A stretch of DNA of 64,000 bases. It comes from Euglena gracilis (Eukaryota). The DNA lies in the NCBI GenBank assembly GCA_039621445.1, contig CP154954.1:19826642-19890641 (forward strand). The letters run 5' to 3'. Each line of letters starts with the position of its first letter. Within the stretch, counting starts at the first letter, position 1. This document shows positions 1 through 13,569 of this stretch, piece by piece. The position numbers and the translations under genes were made by a program. The notes beneath the pieces were generated by a model. The model worked only from the letters and a program-made list of their open reading frames with translations. It made no database searches and was not told the origin of the DNA.

Positions 1-1214
1 AATGGTCTAAAATGGCCTAAAATGGGAAAAATGCTGTTGCACAACACTTTTTTTTTGTGAACAACTGAATCCATTCAGGTAATGATTTTTGGTGTCTTTT
101 GTTAATGTGGACGGCGAATGCTAATGTGGACGGTGAACAGTGCATTTGGTTGAAGAGCACAGCCCACAAAGCCCATTTTTCTTATCCCAATTAATATTAC
201 TATCAGTCCCCAAATCCACGGCCCTCAAACGTCTTTTGGCGCTGAATTTTGAAGGTTTGGATAGCTGTATTTTGTGAAGATTTTCAGAGTGCTTCCCATT
301 TCGGCAACTTTCAACAACCATTTGGCACACAGTATCAAACAGTTTTGAATACAACAACCAACCCAAAATGGCTAAAATTTTCCTAAAGTATGGTGAATAC
401 AGCAAAATCGGACGAAAAATACGAAAACAGGAGAAAGGGTCGAAAACATATGTCATTGCTGCGGTCGTGGACCCCGCAGCACGTTGAAGACCCCTGCAAA
501 GGGGGAATAAACAAAAAAAAACAGAATCAAGGAAGCGGTAAATATTCCATTCTGCTTCAAACGCCATGTTTGACAGAAATGTAACACAAAAATTGAATAA
601 CTAACGTGATTTTCAGGAACTCAACGTTCATGAAGTAACACCAAATTGAAACGAAATGAACAGCATTGCGCCTTGCTTTCTTCTTCCAGGAGAAACAAGA
701 GGACAGTGCAGGAAAACAGAACAAAGACAAGCTTAGAACAACAAACAAAGCGATCAAATTGGATTTCACCCAGCAACAGCATCATCTTTAAAAAAAAATG
801 ACTTCTTTTTGCGAAATCCCGCAAAAATGGTGTTGATTTCACAAAATGCAAAAAGCCAGGCGCTGTTTTGGTAGCGCAAATAAAAACGTTTAATATTTTC
901 CCAACATTTTTTTCTGAAAAATATTTTCACTGCTGTAAATTTGAACTGTTCAGAATTCCTGTATGGGTATGAATTAAGATTTGTTGAGCTTCCCATGGTT
1001 TTGATCCAGTGTTCATGAATTTCGCACGCTTTTTTGGCTGTACGTTTATTATCACTGAATAAGAGAAGGTTTGCATACGTTATGATACAGTTTTCGGGAC
1101 AAAAATAATGCAAATTTATGGTTTTCAGAATCCCCACCTGTGCCTTAAAATGGCCTGAAATGGCCTGAAATGGCCTAAAATGGGGAAATTTTTGGGCTTG
1201 ACTATAGGTGCTTG

Positions 1215-4200
1215 CTCCTGAGCTACTGGCCCAAGGTGCGGGTGGGGGGTATCTTCGCGGGGCATGACTTCTACTTTGCTGGCCACTTCCTCCTGGGGAA
1301 AGACGACTGGCGGGGCGATCTTTTCGGTGCTGTTTTCCACGTGCAACCTTTTCCTCGATTTTTTCAAGTCATTTGTTGCGTCTGCTCTTGTGCCTCTAAA
1401 AGCGAATTTCCTTTTATTTACACTTTCAAGAACCAGAGAGGAGAATTTTGGTTGGTTTGTTGCCAGATGACAGTAAAAGGTATTCCTTGGCAGTCCTGGA
1501 AAATGAGGCTCATTGCCCTGGCAACCCAACAATCCCATCTCGATGTCCATGAAAAAGCTGCACAGCTGTGGTTAGGGTTCGGGTTAAACCCTAACCCTAA
1601 CCCTAACTTGGTCCCTCGAAAGCGCCACTTTTCGGTGCCGATCCGAACCCTGACCCCATCCCTCCAATTAAACGCGGAATCTCCGCATCCAACCATTTCT
1701 GGATCCGGCGCAATTCTGGGGCACCGCGGGACCGAAACAAGGGGAACGTCGGACACGGGGGTGCACCTGCCCCTTGCCAACAGTCAAATATCCCCTGATC
1801 TGGCAAGTGCATGTTTTTTTTTGCTGGTTTCTTTGTGATCCGGGTTGAATATTATTTTACAAATGTCAGATTCCACCCCCCCCCGGGGGGGCTTGGCCCA
1901 CGCCATGATTGACTGTAAGGCTGGGGGCCAAGTTTGCATGTAGAAGGGGGGCAAGTGCCTGGGGGGGGGAGGTCGAGCGGGGTGGGGAAGGGCGCCCCCC
2001 GCCGGTCTCTTTGCCACAACGGGGAGCGGCACAAGGAGGCCGTGAAGGGCGCGGTGGTGGAGTTCGCCCGGAACTCAGGTGGCCGAAATGGCACAAAACT
2101 GGTGGTCACGCCCTCTTTTGGAATGCCCAGGAGTTGCAGCCCCACGGCTGATGATGGGAAGTCCCATGGGTGGTGGGGCGGGGGGGGGGGGAGGGCGGCA
2201 CCGGCCCTGCCTGTTTGTCCCGGGATGGTTCAGGTCAAGCTTTCTCAACGCAGTGTTGGCGGGTGGGCGGCCCCCACAGTCGTTCCCCACAGCACCGCCC
2301 CCGTGCAGCCTTTTCAGCCCCGTGTTCTTCCCCGGGGTGTTCTGTGGCTGGGCGGATGGGGAGGGCCACCCTAGTTGCAGGCAGCCAGCCACCAACCCCA
2401 ACCAGCCCTTCAAAGTTCTCCGCAACCTTTTGCTCAATCCAGGAGTTCGCCAATCGGTGGCTTAATTTCGATTTGGCGTTGTTTTTATTCGAGGGTTGCC
2501 CGCTTGGCCGAGCTCAATGTTGCTGGGCCTTTGCAGAAAATTTGGCATGCAAAGGTCCAAACCTTTTCAGCAGAGGGTTGGAAGCTTGTGCCTCTAAGAT
2601 GATCCCTGTTGTAGACATCGATGGGTGGGTGGGAACCCCCGCACATCCGATTTTCCCTGAGACCAAGCACCTCCAGCGACAAATCTGACAAATTCTGACA
2701 ATCGTGACAAATCCCGACATATTTTTTTTGGCCTCTAGATGTGTGGGTTCCGACAAATCTTGTCAAATCCCGACAACACTCAAAATTATTTAAATTATAA
2801 AATCATTTTGCAAAAATAAATTTTGGACAAAAGGATGGACGAAGTTTCCCAAAAGGAATGTTTATGACTTTCCTGAATTTCTTTGCTTTTCTTTGTTTAT
2901 GCTTTTTGTCTTCACGGGTTGTTCTAAAAATGAGAGCCGTTTTCTTTGTTGTTGGTTCAAAAGGAGCTTGTTGTCAGTGAGGATAAGTTTTATGTCTCAA
3001 CAACGATAGAGCCACTATTTCCATCAAGAAGACAGTCAAGAAGTCAAAATGTCATTAATTTTCCTTGTTTCCCGCAGACATCATTTTGCTTGAATTTGAG
3101 ATTAAGAAGCTTGGCATTGTCCAGCAGCTGGTTGAAATTGCTATGTAAGTGGATTTGCATTAGAGAACTGGTGCATGTGGCAATTCTCATGAGAATCGAC
3201 CATTTCCAACATTAATGTTCTATTTCCCAGGCCTCCTTTTTTCCTCCACAGTTTTATCTCTGTGCATCAGAGATGAATGTGTTGTAAATGCAAAACGTAG
3301 GCATCGTAAAAAAGTATCAGTGGTCCTTGGACAATTGTGGTATGCAATCCAAGAAATCATTGCAAGGAGGATGATTTTAGGATGCTAAGGTTTGACAATT
3401 CTTGCAATTCCTGGCAAAGACAATAAAATATCATGTGTCTGAAGGTGATTTCCTGTATGCCCGCCCCCCTGTCTTTTTGTCCACGACCCTCACTCATTGT
3501 GGAAGATGAACCTTTGCTGTATCAACAGCCGGCCCCTGGTCCAAGGCAAATGTCAGTGGTCGTTGGACAAGTGGGTGCAGGGGGGGATATGAAGCGCGCA
3601 TATTCTTCGCATATTTTGCATATTTAGCACATGTTGCATTTTTTTTGGCCAAAAAGTGCCTGTTGTGTATATTTAGCACATATTCCGAGAGTTTTCAGAA
3701 TTTCTGCCACATGTTTTACTCATTCCATGTCTTTTGGGTCCGTTTGAATTTTTTCCAACCATTTTAAGCCATTTGCTTTCATCTCAGGCAGTGCATCTCG
3801 CACTTAAGCTTTTTTTGGTCGATGTGCGCATTTTCGCAAACCGACCAAAAACCACTTTGAGCGCCAGCGTTACAAGGGGTGAGAGCAAGAGGCAGCAGGA
3901 TTGGACAAAATACGAGCGATTTCTCATTTTTGGCACTGACTCTCCCAGGAATTATGTGTTTTTTTGCTGTTTTTTTTTAGGTTGGAATGTCACGAAAACC
4001 CCCGGACCTATCCCCCCAAAGTGAAAAAAACGCCGACAAAAACTCCAAAACCATTGTACCGCCACCCCCATTCACTGTGTGACAGCTGCCAGCGCCAGGT
4101 GGTGCTCTGGGGGTGGGGTGCAGGTCCATCCCTTTGCTTGCTTTTTGAAGCTTTGTGACACGTTGTGGAGGTTTTTGAAGTTGGTTACGAAAGGAGTGGA

Positions 4201-7200
4201 AGTGCACATGCCACATGAACAATGCACTGTTCGAGAATTCTGCCACCGAGGGATGATGAGGGAGATACAGAACGCAAGAGGACTGCCACCGGTTTCCAAT
4301 TGACTTCGGTGGCGATTTGCCCATCAATGCCCCACTGATGTTTAAGGCTCCGTGGCACCCACACAACAGCGTAAATGATGTCTATTTGCGCAAATGCGCA
4401 CACGGACGACGTGCGCGTTTGCGCACGCCGACGCTTTAAAGCCAACCAAGAGCCTCCAATTGCAGTGTGTTTGGAACTGGAAAATGAATATGGCAACACT
4501 GTGATATTACCTCCCTGGTATTCATGTGGTGCTGGACCCCCTCTGTTGAATGCTGCTGGTATGTTTGGGCGGTTGGTGTGCGCAAATGCGCACATCAGCC
4601 ATTAAAATGCTTGCTTTTCACAACTGTGGGCACCAACCAGAATTATTCATTTTTCATTTTGAAGCCTTGGCAACAGGGACTTCTGAGACAACAGAAGGAT
4701 CGAAACAGGAGGAGAGCAGATTGTGGAGGTGTTGCGCTCAAAGTGGTGGTGTTGCAAGGTATGTCTGAGAAGGTCAAATGAAGCGTGTCGGTATTTTTAA
4801 GTCAGCAGACACATCCATTTCAAGCCAATGTATTGTGCCTCATTTTCAGACTAAAATGGGTGAAGGGCACTTTAAACTCAGTTTTTTTTTTTTGGATAAA
4901 GCCTGAAAACGTTGTTTATTTTGATGTTTCAGGGGCTAAGAAATAGTTTTTCACAGCTTCAATTGCCAATGCCCAAATTTGGGCCCGCAGGCTGGTCATT
5001 CTGTTGAGTTTAAATAAAACAGAATACCTTGCATTAAAGGATTTTCAAACTGCAGTGGTGCCACACCCTCCAAATGGTACATGTGTTAAGTTGCAGAACA
5101 GCTTGGCGTGCGCAGATGCGCAAACCGACCAAAAAGTCTGGTTTCGCATTTGCACAAACCAACCACTTGAACAATGTTACAAACACACCAATTGCAGCTG
5201 GCACAGATGGTCCTTTTCACAGTTGTACAAACGGCTGGTGTGCGCATTTGCGCACACCATCTATTTGCGCACACCATCTATTTGCGCGTTTGCCCGCACC
5301 GACCACCAACATCTCACATAGCCAAGTTTCAGGGTATCGTTGCAGGCTTAGGCACACCCACCAAATCGTTCAGTCAATATCCTAATTTAATAAGACAGCC
5401 ATTGTAGGATTCTGAACACACCTGCTGGGTGTGGTCTATATTATGTGCTGCGGTGATTCCTGCTCTTAGGCACCCTATTTGCCAAAGCCCCTGCTTCCAT
5501 CTCCGCGTCCTGTGGCAACACATCACATCCTGCCTACATTTTTAGATTTTCGGGGTCGTATCTTGTCATTTTCATAAAAAATGTCGATGTGCGCAATTGC
5601 GCACAACGTCAAAGAAAAAAGCTTAAGTGCGAGATGCGCCGCCTAAGTTCATTTTGGAGGCACTTTCGAGCTTTTTTTTTCCAATTTCGGGCCATTTTTT
5701 TTTTAACATTGAGCAACTTAAGGCCATTTTTGGGCCATTTTGGACCACTTATGGCCATTTTTGGTCATTTTCTATCATTGTTGGCCTTTTTTTTTGAGAA
5801 AATCAGCTGCTTTGGTCATTTGAGCCATTTTCCATCGCAAAATCATTGTAATTTGTTGAAAATGGCCAAAAACGACCAAAAAGAAAATAGGCCCAAAATG
5901 GCCGAAATGATGGGGAAATGGTCGAAAACAGCTGATTGTGGCCGGTTGTGGGCTGAAATGGCCTCAAAATGGACCAAAATGGCTTGAAATGACTTGCTGG
6001 TTGGGTCATTTGAATATGTCCAAATATGTCTCGGTTCGAGGAAAATTGTATGTATATTCAGCATATTTTTCCGCATTTTTACCGCATATCCCCGCATGTT
6101 TTAGCGCATATTTGGAGGAGCTTTTTAGCGCATGTTCCCCCCTCCCCTGGTGGGTAGTGGTATAGACTGCATTCAAATACTGCCAATTCAATGAGGAGCA
6201 ATTTGAGTTTGCTGCCTGAAATCTGCCTGAAATGAGTCCCGCGCTCCACAAGTAAGTGATGACAAGATTCCATCTCATGGGTCAACCACCTTGTGTTTAA
6301 CACACATCATTTGCCTCGGATCAACGTTTTCCAAAATCATGTTGCTGGGACCCCACCTCCAGTGTTCAAACCCCGACAAATCCTGACAAATCTTGACAAT
6401 TTCAAAAAAATGCCAAGCTTTTGGAGGTGCTTGCCTGAGACCAATCCTTTTTGTCATTTTTGAATCTTTGGCCAATAATTTGTATATTTGCAAATAGAAT
6501 CAGATTGGTATCAAATAGTAAAAACCATGTGATTTTGATGGGTTTTTTTTGTAACATCAGGCGGCCCTCAAAATCCATAAAACTGTGATTGCATTTCTTT
6601 TTTTTGCATTTTTGCAGACCTTTTGCTTTTTCCTCCGCTTTCTGCATCTTCTTTGAGGGTCCGTGTTCCCCCCCCCCGAGAGTCACATGGGTTTGGGTGA
6701 GGCACGACAGCCCCTTTGAGGGCTTTCCCATCCATCAGTGCATTCCAAACTGCCCTCCGACCCCGTCCCCCGCCTCCCCATCTGTCAAATCACGAGTGGG
6801 AATGGAATTTCCCAGGGCAGAATATGGCATCTTGGGTCGGGGGGGGGGGGGGAGGGGGCTTGGCTGGAAGAGGTGTGCACACCCATCGATGGCCCATCGG
6901 GGACCTTGTTTTTCATGGGTTTAGAGTGGGAAAATATTTTCTTGGGGGAGGTTAGGTTGGGGGTTCCCCGGTTCGTGTCACGCCTGTACCACACCTAAAC
7001 TCACTAAGGATTTTGGCAGTGGCAGCAGCATGGTCGGAGGCTCTCAGTTTGTGGCAAAATTGATGTGCTGGGCTGGTTCTGTAGAGATGGTCTGGTGGTG
7101 CCATTCTGGCCATCTAAGAACAACCGGTCCCTCTCCATCTGCGTCACGAGCGGCGAGGTGTGGCACCATAGCTTCGTTTTTCACGAGATTGCTGAACGCG

Positions 7201-9510
7201 AGGCAACCCTACCCCCCCTCAGGTCCCCCCCTCTGGCCGTACAGCGAATTCCCATTTCCCTGCCCAATCCAGTGCTTTCCCATAGAAGCTGTGTTGTCCT
7301 TTCCAAGCTACTGCTGATGATGCATTCCTTTCTGAAGTGGCCAAACTGGATCAAAGTTGGTGGATGAAGGGTCTAAAATTGTGATGGGAGCTGCACCTCC
7401 ACACCTGCACAAAATAGTTTGGGAGGGGGAATGTACGGGGTGCATATTTTTTGTACGTTTAGCACCTTCTCCATCAGAATTTTCCTGCTGCATACTTGCT
7501 CGTTCTGTTTTTGACCACGCATTTTTGGGGTATTGTTTTGGAAAATTATTTGGGCCATTTTCTGTCACCAGACGTGGCATCTGCACATAACAGGGAAAGC
7601 AGAAATTCTTGGGAGGCAAAAGGTGAAGGTGAACGAAATAGTTCAAACACATATTTCTGAAAATGTATTGTTTAATGGTTCCCAAGATGTGTTGTGCTGA
7701 AATGAATATGATGCTTCACATGCAGATGCTTCATTTGTTTCAGACATGTGTGTTTGATTAATATACAGGTGTTTGTGTTTTTCCATTCTCTGTTTACACA
7801 ACCATGAATTAGGCACCATGAAGATAGCATTAAGCAATTTCAGGGTCCTCAGTTTGGAACGGGGTGGGGGGGTGCATATAATTGGCTCTGAAACATATGT
7901 GGAAATCATGTGGTGGTTTTGGTACAGGGCCCTTTGGTGTTTTTTTTCAGAGCTCCCATTGGGTCAGTCGTTTCAGGTTACAATTGAGGTTGGGACTGTT
8001 ACTACCAAGCATTCCCGATGATTCCGGGTGATGCAGGGCGATGCAGGGAGATGCCATGCAATTTTGTGGCCATTGTTGAAAATTGCAGCCATTTTGGCCA
8101 CTTCTGCCATTTCCCCCCACTTTTTCCATTTTGAGCACTTCTAGCCGCTTTTGGAGCTTTTTTTTTGGCCTCTTTTGGTACTTTTCGGCCACTTTTGGCC
8201 AGCTTTAGGCCAGTATTGTCCATATTTGACCGTTTCTTGCTGCTTTTGGCTGCCTATGGCTGTTTTTTGACTGCTTCTGGCTACCCTTGGCCACCTTTCG
8301 TCATTTAGCCATAACTTGTGGCCATTTTTTTTGACCATGTTGGCCACTTTGGTTGCTTCCGAAGAAACAGAAAGGGAAGGCCAAAATTGTCCAAAATTTG
8401 GCCAAAAGCAGGAAAAAGGGGCGAAAATGGCCAATGGTGGCCAAAAGGGCAAAATAGGCAACCAAAAGTTGTCAAACGTGGCAAGGAGCAGCCAAAAGTG
8501 GCACACGTGACCAAAAGTGGCCAAAGGCAGCGCAAAAGGGCTTGGTTACTCTTGGCTGCTTTTGGCTTGGCCAAAATCGAAATGACCAAAGTGGACAATA
8601 GGCTGGCCAAAAGTGTCCAAGCCAAGAAGCACCAAGCACCTTCGAGGACCGCAAAAACGGCGCATGGCAATGCGGGACCCAAACGGGATGTGGCACGCCA
8701 GGCACTTCCCACCACTGTGCGCCCCTTTCATCCATGCGTTCAGCCGCCCTTGACCATTCCAACCATTTCGGGGTCATTGTGGGGTGTGTTCCACATGGTC
8801 CGCCCTGAACCCTCCTTTGCTGCCTCCCCACCTCCCCGGTGCTGCGGGACCTCTTCCCCTCGTGGCTCATCCGCAAGCCTGGCCCTGGGGTGGCGGGGGA
8901 GGCGGGCTGTATGAGCCCCAGCCGGCCGACTGCTGGGGCCGGAGCGGGATTATCAAAGCCCTACAGATCACAGGTCTCCTGGCAACCTTTGAGATGCATT
9001 TTCACCAAAAAATTTTCTGCATTTTTAACCCTGTTTTGGAGTTTTACCTTCTGCAATTCTGCATTCTGGACGCTGTTGTCTTCTGAGACCAATTTTTGTG
9101 ATTTTTCTTCGGCTAATTATCACATATTTTCAGAATCAGCAAGCTCCTACATTTTTAAAAAAAACCAGGGGGGTTTTTGATTTTTTCCTTACATCCAGAC
9201 CTCCAAAAAATTTGGATTTCGCGTTTTTTTTCTTGTTTGTTTTGTTTTTTGTTAGTGTTTTTCTGCGTGGCGTTTTTCGAGGGTCCATGTTGCGTCCTCC
9301 ACCCCTGGTGCTTGAGGTGCCCCAGCGATGGACAGCCAAAGGACAAAAGTCTTCCAGTGCTACCTCTGAGGCAGAAGTATCTGTTTTGAGAGCGATGGGG
9401 TGCTTGACGAGTGGCCGAAGGGGACGAGGCGGCCACAAGCGAGGTGTACACCCCACACCACCAGCGCCTCCTGCAGCGCATGAGGAAGGCAGAGCGTCTC
9501 TTCCTCCTGA
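1215..9510 (+). CDS. Class I SAM-dependent methyltransferase (Methyltransf_24-like), paralog A, 5'-partial, multi-exon
   Basis: Exons: ~1215-1308 LLSYWPKVRVGGIFAGHDFYFAGHFLLGKDD; 2004-~2072 WSLCHNGERHKEAVKGAVVEFAR; ~7123-7150 NRSLSICVT; ~8838-8881 VLRDLFPSWLIRKP; 8911-~8946 EPQPADCWGRS; ~9410-9510 EVYTPHHQRLLQRMRKAERLFL. The WPKxRxGGIFAGHD, GAVxEF and PSW motifs are typical of the family and are collinear with paralog B. The 3' end is uncertain (possibly an exon at ~10000-10155 and a stop near 10305). Confidence 0.8.
1571..1607. repeat. Interstitial telomere-like repeats, head-to-head TTAGGG/CCCTAA
   Basis: gttagggttcgggttaaaccctaaccctaaccctaac. Confidence 0.7.
3783..5647. mobile_element. 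Non-autonomous TIR element, CTTAGG family, 5-bp TSD
   Basis: TIR ctcaggcagtgcatctcgcacttaagctttttt / aaaaaagcttaagtgcgagatgcgccgcctaag. TSD ttcat on both sides. Closely similar to 11483-13175. Confidence 0.88.
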
Positions 9511-11482
9511 TGGACAGGAGAATGGCGTCCCACCACCAAGGTGCAAGGAATCCCCATTCACAAGCTGGCCGGAAACTACCTCACAAAAACGAGGCACAGC
9601 ATCACTGCTATTGACAGTGGCCCTCATTTTTTGCAAGTGCCGGCATATTTTTTTTGTCTGCGGCGGGTGCACCCCCCCCCGAGATCACAGGTTGGGGTGG
9701 CGGGGTTGGATGGTTCGGTGGGGAGGGTGTCCATCCGCCTATTAAACCCCCCTCCCAAATAACACCCCCCCAAACAACATCCCCCCTCCTGGGGCCCCAG
9801 CTCAGGTGCCCAAATAACACACCGGGGGGGAGTGTTATTTGGGGGGGGGTTACTTGGCACGAAGCGACATAAATATTTGATATGATCTCTAGAGCAGTGG
9901 GTCGTCTCATGTCCACCCTCCCACCCTCCCACCGTGATCCAAAAGAACAAACTCTTGGACAGCAGGCGGGACGGTACCCCCCCCCCCGTTAATGCATCCG
10001 TCTCACACCCGCAAGCCAGTGCACGCTTCCAGCGGCGGCCCTGCAGGGGATACCGGGCCAACCGCCCCGCTGCCGCCAACCGGTCTGTGCCTGTGTCGTC
10101 TGCCACTCCCGCCCAGGGTTGTATGGGAAGCTCCGACAGACAGCTCAGACATGAGGTAGGGGGCAGGGGGGGTCACCCCCCCTCCCCCTAGGGGGGGGGT
10201 AAGGTGGTAGGGGGGGTCCCCCCCCTCCTAGTTTCGGAAGGGGGGCCCCCCCACCCCCCTCCTCCGAGATTCCCATCCAAGCCTGCTCCTGCCGCTGCTG
10301 GCTGACCCTCTCCGGAGCCGGACGTCCGGAGGCTTCTGGTGGGGCCCCCCACCTCGTGGACTGCGGGGGTTGCGCCGATCCGCTGCCAGTTCCGCTGGGT
10401 TCAGGCCATTGCCGGTGTATCCCAGGGGAAACTTTCCAAGTGGCGGCACTTGAAGTTCGGATTTATGAGCTCACAGATGAAGCTTCTCGAAGCATGATTA
10501 ACCACCAAAGATACCTCGGTCAGCCGGGCAAACTACGGCTTGCTGTCGTCCAGCCCCCTTCTGGGGCACTGAATTACCCACCCCCTTTTCTGGGAGTTGG
10601 GGGGGGGGACTAGAAAACAAACCATTGGTTAATGATAACCTGATTGGTTAATGATAAGTAACCTGGACCCCCTTTTTTGCTCAATGGCGCTGGATTTTAT
10701 GCCTAAATAACCTTGGAGCTATTTTTTTTTACCACACCTCCCCAAGCCAGAAACTGGCACATCGCCGGGCTATTTGGGGAGGGGGATGGCATTTTTAGAG
10801 GCCACTCAGTTAAACTGGGGAAAATTTGGAATCCCTGACTTTTGGTTCCCTGAGTCTCTGCGGAGCCTCTCTTGCCGAGCCTCTGCGGAGTCTGGTTACC
10901 TGGGTGCTTCCCCACGGAGCCTCCCCAGCTCATGGAATTCGTGTTCAGGTCACCACAAACCCCGTCTTCAGGCCACCTCCAAGACTGCACCACATCTCAT
11001 GCCCCCCCTCCCTGGCACAACGCATCCCCAATTCAGTGAGCGTTGTTTGAATGTTGTTTTTTGCAAGGGGGGGTCAGACCCCTCCCCCGGTGTGCTCAGA
11101 CCCCACCTCCTTCCTTTCAGACCCGAGGGGTCCAGGACCGTCCCAAACCAAAAATAGTGCCCCCCCCCCAGTCCGGAGTGCCCCCCCCCCTCCTGCCAGG
11201 GGGTCTGCACACACCCAGGGAGGGGGATCCCAGGACCCCCTCAATAAGGTCAAAAAAGGTCAAAATTATCCCCCTAGCGTTTTGTGCCGAAATTTTTAGC
11301 ATTTTGGCAGATTTACCCCCAAAAAGTTCCCAAAGTGGCACTTTTTGACAATTTTGGGGGGCCTTTTCAGACCAGCTCTGGGATGGGTCCGACTCGCCAC
11401 CTGCCTTTATATCGAACCCCGCCCCTCCCAGGGTAACATGTGCAGGGGGGGGGGGGCAATTTTTGGAGGGACGAGAAAATCA

Positions 11483-13175
11483 CTTAGGCGGCGCATCTCG
11501 CACTTAAGCTTTTTTTTGGTCGATGTGCGCATTTTCGCACATCGACCAAAAACCACTTTGAGCGCCGGCGTTACAAGGGAGAGCGAGAGGGTGCAGGATT
11601 AGACAAAGTACGAGTGATTTCTCGTTTTTGGCACCGGCTCTCCCAGAAATTATGTATTTTTTTGCTGTTTTTTTTTGAGGTCGGAATGCCACGAAAACCC
11701 CCGGACCAACCCCCCCAAAGTTAAAAAAAACACCGACAAAAACTCCAAAACCATTGTACCGCCACCCCCCATTCCCTGTGTGACAGCTGCCAGCGCCAGG
11801 TGGTGCTCTGGAGGTGGGGTGCAGGTCCATCCCTTTGCTTGCTTTTTGAAGTTTTGCGACACGTTGTGGAGGTTTTTGAAGTTGGTTACGAAAGGAGTGG
11901 AAGTGCACATGCCACATGAACAATGCACTGTTCGAGAATTCTGCCACCGAGGGATGATGAGGGAGATACAGAACACAGCAGGACTGCCACCGGTTGCCAA
12001 TTGAGTTCGGTGGCAAGTTGCCCATCAATGCCCCACTGATGTTTAAGGCTCCGTGGCACCCACACAACGTCATAAATGAGGTCGGTTTGCGCAAATGCGC
12101 GCATGGACGATGTGCGCATTTGCGCACGCCGACCGCTTTAAAACCAACCAAGAGCCTCCAATGGCAGTGTGTTTGGAGCTGGAAAATGAATATGGCAACA
12201 CTGTGATATTACCTCCCTGGTATTCATGTGGTGCTGGACCCCCTCTGTTGAATGCTGCTGGTATGTTTGGGCGGTTGGTGTGCGCAAATGCGCACATCAG
12301 CCATTAAAATGCTTGCTTTTCACAATTGTGGGCACCAACCAGAACTATTTTTCATTTGAAGCCTTGGCAACAGGGATTTCTGCCACAAGAGAAGGATCGA
12401 AACAGGAGGAGAGCAGATTGTGGAGGTGTTGTGCTCAAAGTGGTGGTGTTGCAAGGTATGTCTGAGAAGGTCAAATGAAGTGTGTCGGTGTATTGCATTA
12501 TATCGCCCCTTGAACACAGGGATTTCCAAGTCAGCAGACACATCCATTTTCAGCCAACGTATTGTGCCTCATTTTCGGACTGAAATACTTGGGGTGAAGG
12601 GCACTTCTAAACTCAATTTTTCAGGATAAAATCTGAAAATGTTGTTTATTTTGACGTTTCAGGGGCTAAGAAATGGTTTTTCACTGCTTCAATTGCCAAT
12701 GCCCACATTCGAGCCTGTAGGTTTGCCCTTTGGTTGAACTTAAATTCTACAGAATACCTCGCATTTAAGGATTTCTAAACTGCAGTAGTGCCACAACCCT
12801 CTAAATCTCTAAACGGCAAGTGCGCTAAGTTGCACAAGCGGGTGTTGTTTGGAGATGAGCAAACCCACCAGACAGACTGTTTTTCGCATATGCACATGCC
12901 AAACCACCTGCGCATTTTTTTAAACACACCAGTTGCAGCTGGCACACCTGGCCCTTTTCACAGCTGCGCAAATGGTTGGTGCGCATCGTCCATTTGTGCA
13001 TTTGCCCACACCGACCACCAATTTCTCACAAAGCCGAATCTCATTGTATTGCTTCAGGCTTAGGCACAACTCACCAAATCGTTCAGTCAATATCCTAATT
13101 TAATAAGACAGCCATTGTTGGGTTCAAAACACATTGACAAATAAAAAAGATTAAGTGCGAGATGCGCCGCCTAAG
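11483..13175. mobile_element. Non-autonomous TIR element, CTTAGG family, 5-bp TSD
   Basis: TIR cttaggcggcgcatctcgcacttaa / ttaagtgcgagatgcgccgcctaag. TSD aatca on both sides. Confidence 0.9.
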
Positions 13176-13569
13176 AATCACAAGTCCCGGAATTCATTCT
13201 TCTTCCAACCAGGCTTCTTTTTACAACCCCAGGTCAATGCAGCTCGGGGGACTCGGGGGACCCTCCAGGAGGGCTGGGTTCGCCAAAAAAGACTCGTTGG
13301 GAAACCTAGCAGCAGTGTAGAACGCTCGCTGACTGCTGAGTTCCTCAGTCAGAACCAGCAATGGAGGCCACTGAGATAAGATTAAACGAACTGACTTAAT
13401 TGACACAAAGGGCAAAAGAAAGTTTTTAAAAAATATCATTTGCATTCTTTCTCAGCAGCCTCTAGCTCTACCTGCGACCGCTGTCAACAGGGGACAGGGA
13501 AAACCCGGGAAACCCCAGTCCCTGGGCTAGTTATTGTCATAATTGTTATCATTGGAAACGTTCCAAATT

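Noticed and set aside
3977-4605. Duplicated ORFs (…LELENEYGNTVILPPW…), also at ~11500-12300
   Set aside because: Interior of a repeated non-autonomous element; frames differ between copies and no domain is recognisable.
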